A stretch of DNA of 64,000 nucleotides from a virus: the IMG/VR virus record IMGVR_UViG_3300027573_000964; one strand, given 5' to 3'. The notes beneath the pieces were generated by a model that was not told where the DNA came from, ran no database searches, and saw only the letters and a program-made list of their open reading frames with translations. The translations under genes and the position numbers were made by a program. Of the stretch, positions 35,975-44,365 are shown one piece after another. How positions within the stretch are numbered: the first letter of the stretch is position 1; every line of letters starts with the position of its first letter.

Positions 35975-36239
35975 AATCTCTCCAGCAGTATTCATCACCT
36001 TCGGCAACAACTTCGTTAGTAGTTTTACGTGTGCCGTCTTCAAGCTCCACTCGACATAGTGTTGAAATATGGTGAGTTGGTGCGTGGCGGGTAATTTCCC
36101 TAGTACAAACAAGAACTTGTTTAACTTTCTTACAAATGACCGGCCTCGTGTATTGATAAATTAGCATTCCAATAAGGGTCGATAAGCTAACAAAGATAAT
36201 AGCTAAAAGAACCTTAATTTCATTTGGCGTTTCTTTCAT
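35967..36239 (-). CDS. hypothetical membrane protein
   Basis: 90 aa; TM helix VLLAIIFVSLSTLIGMLIY. Confidence 0.45.
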   Translation of the reverse strand: MKETPNEIKVLLAIIFVSLSTLIGMLIYQYTRPVICKKVKQVLVCTREITRHAPTHHISTLCRVELEDGTRKTTNEVVAEGDEYCWRDYE

Positions 36240-36427
36240 TTAATTATCCATGCACCGTGAGCGCTAATAACCAACTTATCGTATCTAGATGGCAAATCAC
36301 CTCTTAAATCAAAATACACAGCGCCGCTTGGAGTATGTGTTATCTTCATCTTCTTGCCACTTAAATGATGAAGATATATTATTCTAAGAACTCTATAGTC
36401 TTTCAGATTTGGAAACGGCAAGCCCAT
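36236..36427 (-). CDS. hypothetical protein
   Basis: 63 aa ORF. Confidence 0.4.
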   Translation of the reverse strand: MGLPFPNLKDYRVLRIIYLHHLSGKKMKITHTPSGAVYFDLRGDLPSRYDKLVISAHGAWIIK

Positions 36428-36707
36428 GATTGGATCCTATTTTTACATATAATTCTTCTGGTGAATAACCAGGATACGAAGTTCCTGTGGTATGAAATTG
36501 TTCTGCTTTAATATGACATTCTGGACAAAGCGATATGCCATTTTCTTTAACATATCCACCATTAGGCATCAGCGTTCTATCTGTTATATGATGTGCGTCT
36601 AACTTATCAAGTTCTTCATTCCAACCACACATTTTACATTTGTGCCCATCGCGTTTGAATACTTCACTACGGAAGTTTGCCCTGACTAATTTCTTCTTTT
36701 CGGACAC
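36393..36707 (-). CDS. HNH endonuclease
   Basis: 104 aa; CKMCGW...DAHHI...NGISLCPECH. Confidence 0.75.
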   Translation of the reverse strand: MSEKKKLVRANFRSEVFKRDGHKCKMCGWNEELDKLDAHHITDRTLMPNGGYVKENGISLCPECHIKAEQFHTTGTSYPGYSPEELYVKIGSNHGLAVSKSERL

Positions 36708-37188
36708 TCAATACCTCTATTGCTCTTTTAGCATGACGCCGCGCAATGCCTTCTGAAAAGTTAGTCTGAACTAAGAACGGCATTAAATGATCCATATCAT
36801 CACAGTCATCAATGATAACAAAACTCTCTATTTCGATGTCAGGATTTTCATTCATCCACTCTTGAATTTCACCACCACGCCCATAAGTTCCTGGTTGTTG
36901 ATGATTGGGCGTTATGCCTATAATCTCTCCAACCACACCACGAAAATGTAGATAGTCAGCAAGATAAGAATAATTTTCAAATAAAGTTCGCCACATACTT
37001 GATATAACTATTTTGGCGCCAGTCTTTAATATAACTTCGTTGAGGTTAGCGACGCACTCGACATCGAACTCTGGATATAGCTCATTGGGATTTATGGAGC
37101 CTGGCAATCTGACGCCCTTATGGTATATCTCTGTTTGGGTAATGACGTTGTTCAACACGCCATCAATATCTAGAAATAAGATTTTCAT
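36667..37188 (-). CDS. HAD-superfamily hydrolase (paralog 1)
   Basis: 173 aa; MKILFLDIDGVLNN motif I; VIIDDCDD motif. Confidence 0.6.
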   Translation of the reverse strand: MKILFLDIDGVLNNVITQTEIYHKGVRLPGSINPNELYPEFDVECVANLNEVILKTGAKIVISSMWRTLFENYSYLADYLHFRGVVGEIIGITPNHQQPGTYGRGGEIQEWMNENPDIEIESFVIIDDCDDMDHLMPFLVQTNFSEGIARRHAKRAIEVLSVRKEEISQGKLP

Positions 37189-37589
37189 TTTAACAACTGA
37201 CCGGCCAAAAAGCCTATACCAGTAAAGACATCAACTTGAGAGGCTTTGAAGGGAAACTCTATACTTATACCCTGTATATTATTAACAAATATCCTCATGA
37301 ACAAGTCTTTTTCCTCAAATTCCCAAATCCAATTTTTGTGACTTCCGGTCCAACAATAAGTTTGCTTGCCTAATTTTTCTTTAAAAAATTTTACCAAGTC
37401 TTTCACGCCACGTTTATGTATGTCGTCAGAAAGTTTCATATAGTGGTAGGCATATCTCTTTCGATATGTGTGATCTTTTAGTAAATTAATTGCTGGAGTG
37501 GTGGGTCTATGATTTAGTGAATCTTCAACTTTCATTTTAACATCTCTATAGCAACATTTACATGATGGTCTTCTAATCCATTTTGCCAA
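37185..37589 (-). CDS. hypothetical protein
   Basis: 134 aa ORF. Confidence 0.5.
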   Translation of the reverse strand: MAKWIRRPSCKCCYRDVKMKVEDSLNHRPTTPAINLLKDHTYRKRYAYHYMKLSDDIHKRGVKDLVKFFKEKLGKQTYCWTGSHKNWIWEFEEKDLFMRIFVNNIQGISIEFPFKASQVDVFTGIGFLAGQLLK

Positions 37590-38023
37590 CTCGTCTTAAT
37601 TAAAAGCGGCGAAAGATGAAGCATATCACTGTCATCATCCAGGATAACAAAGCTCTCTACCTCGCCGACAGGCTGCTCTGACAACCATTCTTGTATCTCT
37701 AATCCACGACCATATGTCATTTCACCACGGATATAAGACTTAGCAAATCTTGGCGTCTTGCCAATAATTTCACCAGTCACACCTTCGGAATGTAAATACT
37801 TAGCGAGTAATTCTACATCATCAAATAATATACGCCAGCTACTAGATATGACCATCTTGGCACCAGTAGCATTAGTAATCTTATTTAAACGAGCAACACA
37901 ATCTGGGTCTAACTTACTTACACCATATAGATTAGCGGTAAATCCTTCGGGCTGAACTCGGGGATTAGAAACACTTTTAATGGTATTAATAACGCCATCA
38001 ATATCTAAAAAGATTATCTTCAT
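37532..38023 (-). CDS. HAD-superfamily hydrolase (paralog 2)
   Basis: 163 aa; MKIIFLDIDGVINT; VILDDDSD; close paralog of 36667..37188. Confidence 0.6.
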   Translation of the reverse strand: MKIIFLDIDGVINTIKSVSNPRVQPEGFTANLYGVSKLDPDCVARLNKITNATGAKMVISSSWRILFDDVELLAKYLHSEGVTGEIIGKTPRFAKSYIRGEMTYGRGLEIQEWLSEQPVGEVESFVILDDDSDMLHLSPLLIKTSWQNGLEDHHVNVAIEMLK

Positions 38024-38105
38024 TCCATAAAACTCAAAGCAAGAAACAACATCGCCGGCCAGAAAGGTTCGGTTAAAAGAGTAAGTTCATTTAATTTAAT
38101 TAGCA

Positions 38106-38387
38106 TTAATAGCTCTCCAAGAAGTGCTTAATCTCGCAGTCTTCACAAATTCCACATTCACTCTTACCAACCTTAACACCTCTTGCTACTTGAGTCACGA
38201 AAGGTGAGCTACATTCCTGACAAGAGGCTGTAAAATTATCGTATATTTTAAGAAAAATTTCTCTTCCAAAGTAATACGAGGCTCGACGAATTTCTATTTT
38301 AAACCCAGCCGATGTAAGTTCGCACTTGTCTATGCGCCCATCACTTATAAGGATGCCTCTGTATATATTTTTAACATCCTTATCCAT
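38106..38387 (-). CDS. hypothetical zinc-binding protein
   Basis: 93 aa; CQECSS...CGICEDCE. Confidence 0.45.
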   Translation of the reverse strand: MDKDVKNIYRGILISDGRIDKCELTSAGFKIEIRRASYYFGREIFLKIYDNFTASCQECSSPFVTQVARGVKVGKSECGICEDCEIKHFLESY

Positions 38388-38398
38388 GATACATTCAC

Positions 38399-39235
38399 TT
38401 AACTACTCCAATGTAAAGCATATTTGTGTGGTTCTGTTTGCGAGAGAACCCAGTCTATCATTTCAGTAGTTATTTCTAGGGCTTTACGATACCAGGCATA
38501 TCCCTCTTCGTTTTCATATACTAAATAAAAGCAATCTTCAAACTTGCCGCTGCCATATTTATCGACAGTGCCTCTCATTATTGCAGACACTTTCATAGGC
38601 TCTGTTAGATAAAATGAGCCAATTCCATTGGTATATGATCCGCCAAACGGATGATTGCCACCACCATTCTTTTTCTTTTCATCGTTAAATATCTTTAACG
38701 CTTCTACTACGCTATTGGGCTGCCAATCTTTTCTACCGTGATTTACTGGTTCAGATGATACGAAAAAATTACCTTGTATAGCAATAAAATCATTAAATTC
38801 TTTTAAAACTTCTGTCGCGCGATATCTACAATTAATCCAGTCAGGAGTAAATGCGTAGTCTTTACCTGGGTCGAATATATAGTTAAGGTCTTTGCCTATA
38901 GTCTTTCTTAATAGACTGTTAATTCCACCATCATTATATGAACTTCTCAAATAACCAATTTTAAACATATGGTCGGGATATTTGGCAGAGTTAATTTCTA
39001 CACCTTCGCATTCACCTGCGACTTGTTTGAGGATTTCTTCTTGTTCGTTTCTAAAAATATTAACTTTTTCATGTAGTTCGTTTTGTAAATCTTTAGATAG
39101 GTCTTCGTATTTTTCTACGTTGTGAAGTTTGTATTCTTGCTCCCACATAGCCTCAACTTTTTCATCTATCTCATGTTGGGTTTTTGTATATAGTTCTTGA
39201 TTATCATACTTATATAGATGAACATCTAATCCCAT
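38399..39235 (-). CDS. hypothetical protein
   Basis: 278 aa ORF. Confidence 0.55.
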   Translation of the reverse strand: MGLDVHLYKYDNQELYTKTQHEIDEKVEAMWEQEYKLHNVEKYEDLSKDLQNELHEKVNIFRNEQEEILKQVAGECEGVEINSAKYPDHMFKIGYLRSSYNDGGINSLLRKTIGKDLNYIFDPGKDYAFTPDWINCRYRATEVLKEFNDFIAIQGNFFVSSEPVNHGRKDWQPNSVVEALKIFNDEKKKNGGGNHPFGGSYTNGIGSFYLTEPMKVSAIMRGTVDKYGSGKFEDCFYLVYENEEGYAWYRKALEITTEMIDWVLSQTEPHKYALHWSS

Positions 39236-39244
39236 TCTAAACTC

Positions 39245-39874
39245 CTAATTGTCAAACCAAAATACAAGTCGCGGCTCTGCACCGAAAGTTCGTAATCCAC
39301 GCATAGCACCAATGACAGCTTCAAGGTTTCTATGCGGCTCTATTCTTAAATGCTTAATGCTAGCTTCATACATGGACTTCCACTTAGGATCGTCTAATAC
39401 TTTCTTTTCTAATTCAAATATCTCTGAGTAGGCATATTTGGATGAAGCTTTAATATAAGCCTTTTGAACTTGTTCAAGCTCTTCTAGCGTTAGCCAGGAT
39501 GGTGTATGGGCATCTGGATCAGTAACACAGGTTTTTGCTTCATCTGCCCATTCACTTGACCCGCTCTTTACCCAACTCTCGGCACTTTCTCTAGTACAAC
39601 TGCGATTATCGCCATCAGAATCATCTTCTTCCTCGCCGTCTGCCTTGACGTTCAAACAGTAATCCCATCTGACATTCCAAGACACTTCATTTAAGTTTGG
39701 CATACCACGGGGTTGGAAAAGAGCATTAGTGGGCTCACCGCGAACTCCGGCCATAAGATTGAATAGTAGGTAGTCTCTGCCTATTCTAACATTACCAAAG
39801 CATTCTACATATGGCTTTTCTCTCTGCTCGGATGTATGTACTACTTCGATATACGAATGAATATCACAGCCCAT
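39245..39874 (-). CDS. hypothetical protein
   Basis: 209 aa ORF. Confidence 0.55.
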   Translation of the reverse strand: MGCDIHSYIEVVHTSEQREKPYVECFGNVRIGRDYLLFNLMAGVRGEPTNALFQPRGMPNLNEVSWNVRWDYCLNVKADGEEEDDSDGDNRSCTRESAESWVKSGSSEWADEAKTCVTDPDAHTPSWLTLEELEQVQKAYIKASSKYAYSEIFELEKKVLDDPKWKSMYEASIKHLRIEPHRNLEAVIGAMRGLRTFGAEPRLVFWFDN

Positions 39875-40391
39875 TAATTATTCTCCTCTTTGAACCCGGA
39901 AGCATTTTATCAGAGTCAATATACTCTGGAATACGATAATAGACCCAATCAAAAAATTTTAATTCTCCGGATTTGTGCCCATGATTATATCTCGTATCTG
40001 ATAGTATAAGTTTTTTCCAATATTTATCTAAGATATTTCTATGTGCTTTGCAGTCGTCAGGATTGTTGCACTCTTTGACTGCTTCTTGAATCAGAATATC
40101 ATTTTTATAAGCTATAGTTTTGGCAAAATATTTACGAAGGCTTTTGGGAATAGCTAGCCACTGTTCATACTCTCTAGCACATTCTCTACGACCATAAACA
40201 GAATACGAAAATTTTATTACCAATCCGTTTTTTCTATAGCATTTTTTGAATGAACCGGAGTGGAAATTCCATTTATTCTTTTCTAAGAACGATTCCAATT
40301 CGTTTGTATCGTAATTATTTTTTTCAGCAAATACCAACACTTTGTGTAAGGTGCTTTTTTGCTTCGTAGTTAAATTCTTAAGGTTAATCAT
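39864..40391 (-). CDS. hypothetical protein
   Basis: 175 aa ORF. Confidence 0.5.
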   Translation of the reverse strand: MINLKNLTTKQKSTLHKVLVFAEKNNYDTNELESFLEKNKWNFHSGSFKKCYRKNGLVIKFSYSVYGRRECAREYEQWLAIPKSLRKYFAKTIAYKNDILIQEAVKECNNPDDCKAHRNILDKYWKKLILSDTRYNHGHKSGELKFFDWVYYRIPEYIDSDKMLPGSKRRIINGL

Positions 40392-40547
40392 ATCGCTACA
40401 ATATTACCGCAATCTTTACAAACCAATGCTTCAGACAACCATTTATGATTGCCGGCAGTATTTACTACAGTCTCTTGCCTCACATTATAATGAGGACAAA
40501 ATACCCATAAGGCCGAAGCGATAAAATCTTTTATTCTTTTGAGCATA

Positions 40548-40943
40548 TTATTCTATTGCACTTCTTACATACTCTTTGGTGGCAGGATGAAGAACAAGCT
40601 TTCCTATTTGTTCTGCGTTCAGTATTTGACACAACATAAGTATATGAACGGCACTAAACACACCAAATAATTTTGCTATGTTTTCTTCAGCGCCATTTAC
40701 GCCATTGTTTAATATGAACTTTCCGACTTCATTAGCGCACACAAATCGTTCAGCGTCATCCTTTAGAGCCGGAATATTACCGCTAATAAGAATGTCTGTA
40801 GCATCATACCGTGGCTTGAACCTCGGGTCATCTACTAGGTATTTGTTGTTGGCGAGGATTGTTTCATTTTCCTCTGGGCTAACTTCTCGTTCATCTCTTT
40901 GATCTCCGCTCGTATCAGCGGGCTCACTGTTTTCTGGTAGCAT
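40548..40943 (-). CDS. hypothetical protein
   Basis: 131 aa ORF. Confidence 0.45.
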   Translation of the reverse strand: MLPENSEPADTSGDQRDEREVSPEENETILANNKYLVDDPRFKPRYDATDILISGNIPALKDDAERFVCANEVGKFILNNGVNGAEENIAKLFGVFSAVHILMLCQILNAEQIGKLVLHPATKEYVRSAIE

Positions 40944-41254
40944 TTATAAGCCTCATCAAATGTGTTAAATCTGGTTTGTTGTAAGAACTCATCTGTCCTC
41001 GAGGACGGCAGCGGCTCCCAATCCCAGCACTTTGTCTCTTTATTCCAAACTTCTCCGCGATAAAATATCACCCATTTTTTGGTATCGTCTTTTTGACGAC
41101 GGGCCTCTATATCAATATCATATTTGAAACTGTATTTCGTAGCATAAAGATTAGCAAGGATAGCTATTTTAAATAATCTATTGTTATTAATGGCAGACCA
41201 AATCGCTAACCCAATAAACAATAATATAAATACAATAGGAAATAATTCAATCAT
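40835..41254 (-). CDS. hypothetical membrane-anchored protein
   Basis: 139 aa; N-terminal TM helix. Confidence 0.45.
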   Translation of the reverse strand: MIELFPIVFILLFIGLAIWSAINNNRLFKIAILANLYATKYSFKYDIDIEARRQKDDTKKWVIFYRGEVWNKETKCWDWEPLPSSRTDEFLQQTRFNTFDEAYKCYQKTVSPLIRAEIKEMNEKLAQRKMKQSSPTTNT

Positions 41255-42375
41255 ATCTTCTGTTCCTCTGGTGATGGTCGCGAAATATATGGAACACTTC
41301 TCATAAAATTTAAGTCTTTCGCTAACACTAAAGAGCCGTGCCCTCTTAAATTAATGTAGAAGTTTTCTATGCCTTGGTCGGGAACCAAATGAACTATATG
41401 ATGAAACTCTTCTATTGCTCCACACGGAATAACATCTTCGGTTATTATAGCATCTTTAATATAAGTATGTGAATGTAAAATATATTTAATATTTGTGTAA
41501 TGGTGGAATAGCCTAATTTGAATTGGTGAATCGACAGATGGCTTTACATCACCATAATATTTAACTTGGTCAGTGTCGTATTCTTGTTGAACTCCAACAA
41601 ACCCTTCGCGACCTATAAACCGCTTGTCTATATTTCTTTGTGAAACAAATATAATGTCTTCGTGTCTGAAGCCAGGAAATCCTCTTTCACATCTAAAAGA
41701 AGCATTACCTAATAATCTATCACTATTTACAGCATGTATAAGTGTATGAAACTTTTCAGCCTGTTCTTTTACTATGCCAAAAAATTCTGCTTCGTCCGGA
41801 ACCGCAAGAGCTGGACCAACTCTAATACTCCTCATGCGCCCAAAAGAGCGTAAAGTTTCAAGCCTCTTTTCTATTGCTATACGAACTTCCCACGGGCGGC
41901 TCTCGTCAGTTAAGAATACATTGCCAAGTGGATCATGAAGCGTAGCAGTAAAGACGCCACCCTTCTTGCGAAACTCTACAAGAAGATTGCTTTTGGCATT
42001 GAGTGCGCGAGCTACCAAATCCTTATGGGTATATTTATATTCTGTGTTATTTTTAGAAGTAACCAAAAGGCACTTAGGATTAATCTTCTTTATTTCTTCG
42101 ACGAGCTTTGGCTTGTCGTTGGGTATATTGGGAAACCAATACACTGCTTCGACGCTTTCTACCAGTTCTCTAAATCTTTTTTCTAGTTCCTTCCAACTAC
42201 CGCCATTTACATAGTAGCTTGTATTTTCGCCACCAGAAAACATTTGAGACATATAGTTAGATGGCTTCCCATTGTTATCGTCAAATGTCCCACAAATTAC
42301 AAGCGTTCTCATTAATCTATCATACCTCTTCGCTTCAATCGTTGTTCTCTGCGTGTCTTGGCTTGGTCGCGCCAA
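41251..42375 (-). CDS. hypothetical protein; C-terminal region weakly class-II-aldolase-like (HSH motif)
   Basis: 374 aa; ...RLFHHYTNIKYILHSHTYI... Confidence 0.45.
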   Translation of the reverse strand: MARPSQDTQRTTIEAKRYDRLMRTLVICGTFDDNNGKPSNYMSQMFSGGENTSYYVNGGSWKELEKRFRELVESVEAVYWFPNIPNDKPKLVEEIKKINPKCLLVTSKNNTEYKYTHKDLVARALNAKSNLLVEFRKKGGVFTATLHDPLGNVFLTDESRPWEVRIAIEKRLETLRSFGRMRSIRVGPALAVPDEAEFFGIVKEQAEKFHTLIHAVNSDRLLGNASFRCERGFPGFRHEDIIFVSQRNIDKRFIGREGFVGVQQEYDTDQVKYYGDVKPSVDSPIQIRLFHHYTNIKYILHSHTYIKDAIITEDVIPCGAIEEFHHIVHLVPDQGIENFYINLRGHGSLVLAKDLNFMRSVPYISRPSPEEQKI

Positions 42376-42824
42376 CTAAGTTGCTGATGCGTCATATACA
42401 TAGGATTAAGGCTGGGGACTTCTACTGGCTTACCTTCGGTATCTACGGCAACGAAAGTAAAATAACCACTTAAACAATGTTCGATTTGTCCAGTGTGAGC
42501 GTTTTCACTTTCAACACGCACACCGACTTCCATGCTGGTTCGGCCGGTGAGATTTAGATTGGCCTTTAAAACCACTATGTCGCCTAACCTTATAGGCTTT
42601 GCGAATACTAACTCATCAACTGAAACCGTAACAGCCGGGCCTTTACAATGACGAGCAGCACAAATACCAGCTATGATATCCATCCACGCCATAATTTGCC
42701 CACCGAAAGCACTACCATAAGCATTGGTGTCTGGTGGCAAAATTACATGAGTTGTTTCAACTTGTGGTGGTTGGCCTAGTTCTAGCTTCATCTTACCCCT
42801 TCTTTTTCGTCTATTCTTCCACAC
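42312..42824 (-). CDS. acyl-CoA thioesterase (hotdog fold, YciA/4HBT-like)
   Basis: 170 aa; HVILPPDTNAYGSAFGGQIMAWMD. Confidence 0.7.
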   Translation of the reverse strand: MWKNRRKRRGKMKLELGQPPQVETTHVILPPDTNAYGSAFGGQIMAWMDIIAGICAARHCKGPAVTVSVDELVFAKPIRLGDIVVLKANLNLTGRTSMEVGVRVESENAHTGQIEHCLSGYFTFVAVDTEGKPVEVPSLNPMYMTHQQLSWRDQAKTRREQRLKRRGMID

Positions 42825-43027
42825 TTAACTGGGATAACTTGGCTTTTACTATAATCGAAATTGAGTGCAGTAATCTTTCCTGGCTTTTGAGTCTCTTGCT
42901 CTTCCATCCAAAGCCAATAGTCTTGCTCACCTTGTTCGCAGAGCCAAGATTTAAATTCTTTAGCCGCTTCTTCGGTCTCAAACTTAAAAGTAAGTTTGGT
43001 TTTATCTTCTTGTTTCTTCTCTGCCAT
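42788..43027 (-). CDS. hypothetical acidic protein
   Basis: 79 aa. Confidence 0.4.
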   Translation of the reverse strand: MAEKKQEDKTKLTFKFETEEAAKEFKSWLCEQGEQDYWLWMEEQETQKPGKITALNFDYSKSQVIPVKCGRIDEKEGVR

Positions 43028-43151
43028 AGATATATTCCTTTGTGATTTGGCTCCCGCAGCTGGATTTGCACCAACATCTCTCTGGTTAGCTCACGACCGG
43101 TCGAAGCTATCCTTGTGCGATAATAAAAGTTATACGATACGGGAATAAATT

Positions 43152-43230
43152 TGGTGGGCAGGGATGGATTTGAACCACCGACCCTCGGGCCAAAAACGCC
43201 CGATGCTCTAACAGGCTGAGCTACCTGCCC
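43152..43230 (-). tRNA. tRNA with anticodon loop GUUUUUG (UUU, Lys-like) and 6-bp anticodon stem; atypical
   Basis: RC GGGCAGGTAGCTCAGCCTGTTAGAGC-A-TCGGGC-GTTTTTG-GCCCGA-GGGTC-GGTGGTTCAAATCCATC-CCTGCCC-A-CCA. Confidence 0.6.
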
Positions 43231-43235
43231 TCGAA

Positions 43236-43442
43236 TTATAATATTGCGAATGCCACTGATAGTCTATATAAGAATAACTGCCAAGCGTATAACCCAGACT
43301 CACGATCATACACACGATTTATTGAAAATAGATGGTCTCTACGCTTTCTATTTTCGTAAGTGACCCAAGGTGTTCCACGTTCAGAGATATCGAAACCTAT
43401 AAATAGTCGGCCTATTTTAAATGTCTTAACCGTGGCTTTCAT
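43236..43442 (-). CDS. hypothetical protein
   Basis: 68 aa ORF. Confidence 0.4.
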   Translation of the reverse strand: MKATVKTFKIGRLFIGFDISERGTPWVTYENRKRRDHLFSINRVYDRESGLYAWQLFLYRLSVAFAIL

Positions 43443-43621
43443 TTTTTAGTCTCATAGTATGTTACTTCGAGCCCAACAATTTCTTCGCCGTCTTCAGATT
43501 CTACATGAGATATATAGGCGTCGTCTGGAATGTTGGGGTATGTTTTACGCAACATATCAATAACATCCTCTTTGCTTATCTCTATTATTGTCTCTATTTT
43601 TTGTGTTGTTTTAGTTTTCAT
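43439..43621 (-). CDS. hypothetical protein
   Basis: 60 aa ORF. Confidence 0.4.
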   Translation of the reverse strand: MKTKTTQKIETIIEISKEDVIDMLRKTYPNIPDDAYISHVESEDGEEIVGLEVTYYETKK

Positions 43622-43784
43622 TTAAACCACTGTGCGCTAAGCATCTCTTACAGGTGATGCTGTGATTGTCAGTTGTACTATTTTCTATTCTAACCTTTTG
43701 ACCACAAATAGTTACTGCGTAATAAAGCCTGCCGATGCCACTTGGTTCTGGTTGGTCTATGTCCATAATTTTTTTGTGTATCAT
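43611..43784 (-). CDS. hypothetical zinc-binding protein
   Basis: ORF 43611..43832 trimmed to internal Met MIHKKIMD because first 16 codons lie in suppressor-tRNA gene. Confidence 0.4.
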   Translation of the reverse strand: MIHKKIMDIDQPEPSGIGRLYYAVTICGQKVRIENSTTDNHSITCKRCLAHSGLNEN

Positions 43785-43797
43785 GTTACTCTCGATT

Positions 43798-43872
43798 TGG
43801 CGCCCCGAGGAGGAATCGAACCCCCGACGCACCGATTTAGAGTCAGCCGCTCTGCCGCTGAGCTACCGGGGC
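43798..43872 (-). tRNA. tRNA with anticodon CUA (amber/UAG-reading suppressor-type tRNA; Lys-like anticodon arm)
   Basis: RC GCCCCGG-TA-GCTC-AGCGGCA-GAGC-G-GCTGA-CTCTAAA-TCGGT-GCGTC-GGGGG-TTCGATT-CCTCC-TCGGGGC-G-CCA; U33, anticodon C34-U35-A36, A37. Confidence 0.75.
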
Positions 43873-44090
43873 AAGTGTTCTGGTGAATAACATCTCTTGT
43901 CTGCGTGTAGAACTATTTGTCCATCAGACAATCTATATATAAACTCTTGAAGAGGTATTCTGGATTCAACATATGTGTTGCCCATAGATATTCCCCATCC
44001 CTGTCTATTATAATCAACAGCTGATAATTTATTAAATGGCCATTTCTCTATAAAAAATTCCATATACAATTTGAGAACAATGTCATTCAT
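43863..44090 (-). CDS. hypothetical protein
   Basis: 75 aa ORF. Confidence 0.4.
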   Translation of the reverse strand: MNDIVLKLYMEFFIEKWPFNKLSAVDYNRQGWGISMGNTYVESRIPLQEFIYRLSDGQIVLHADKRCYSPEHLPR

Positions 44091-44365
44091 CTTATAGCGA
44101 ACCAGTATTCATTCATTTCTTTTAGAAACTTTTTACTTATAGTATAGTCGCTATCACTACCAATAACAGAATCAATACCGCACTTAGGGCATAGTGCGGT
44201 ATCTCCTGCGTCTATCCATTCTTTAATCTCACTGAACTTAAAATGGTTGCAGCAATAAAAACACCCTATAACTGCACTATTTTTTAGCTCTTCTTTATGA
44301 TTGGAAGAATGTTCATGAGCCTGTATTATCTTCTCTTGGTTCGCCAAGTTCAACCTCTGGTTCAT
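44087..44365 (-). CDS. hypothetical zinc-binding protein
   Basis: 92 aa; CFYCCNH...CPKCG. Confidence 0.4.
   Translation of the reverse strand: MNQRLNLANQEKIIQAHEHSSNHKEELKNSAVIGCFYCCNHFKFSEIKEWIDAGDTALCPKCGIDSVIGSDSDYTISKKFLKEMNEYWFAIR

Noticed and set aside
35967-36112. 146-nt overlap between the Nudix ORF and the upstream membrane-protein ORF
   Set aside because: This is resolved by starting the Nudix gene at internal Met MSKVSK (~35974), which precedes the conserved Nudix fold. The long N-terminal extension has no homology signal.
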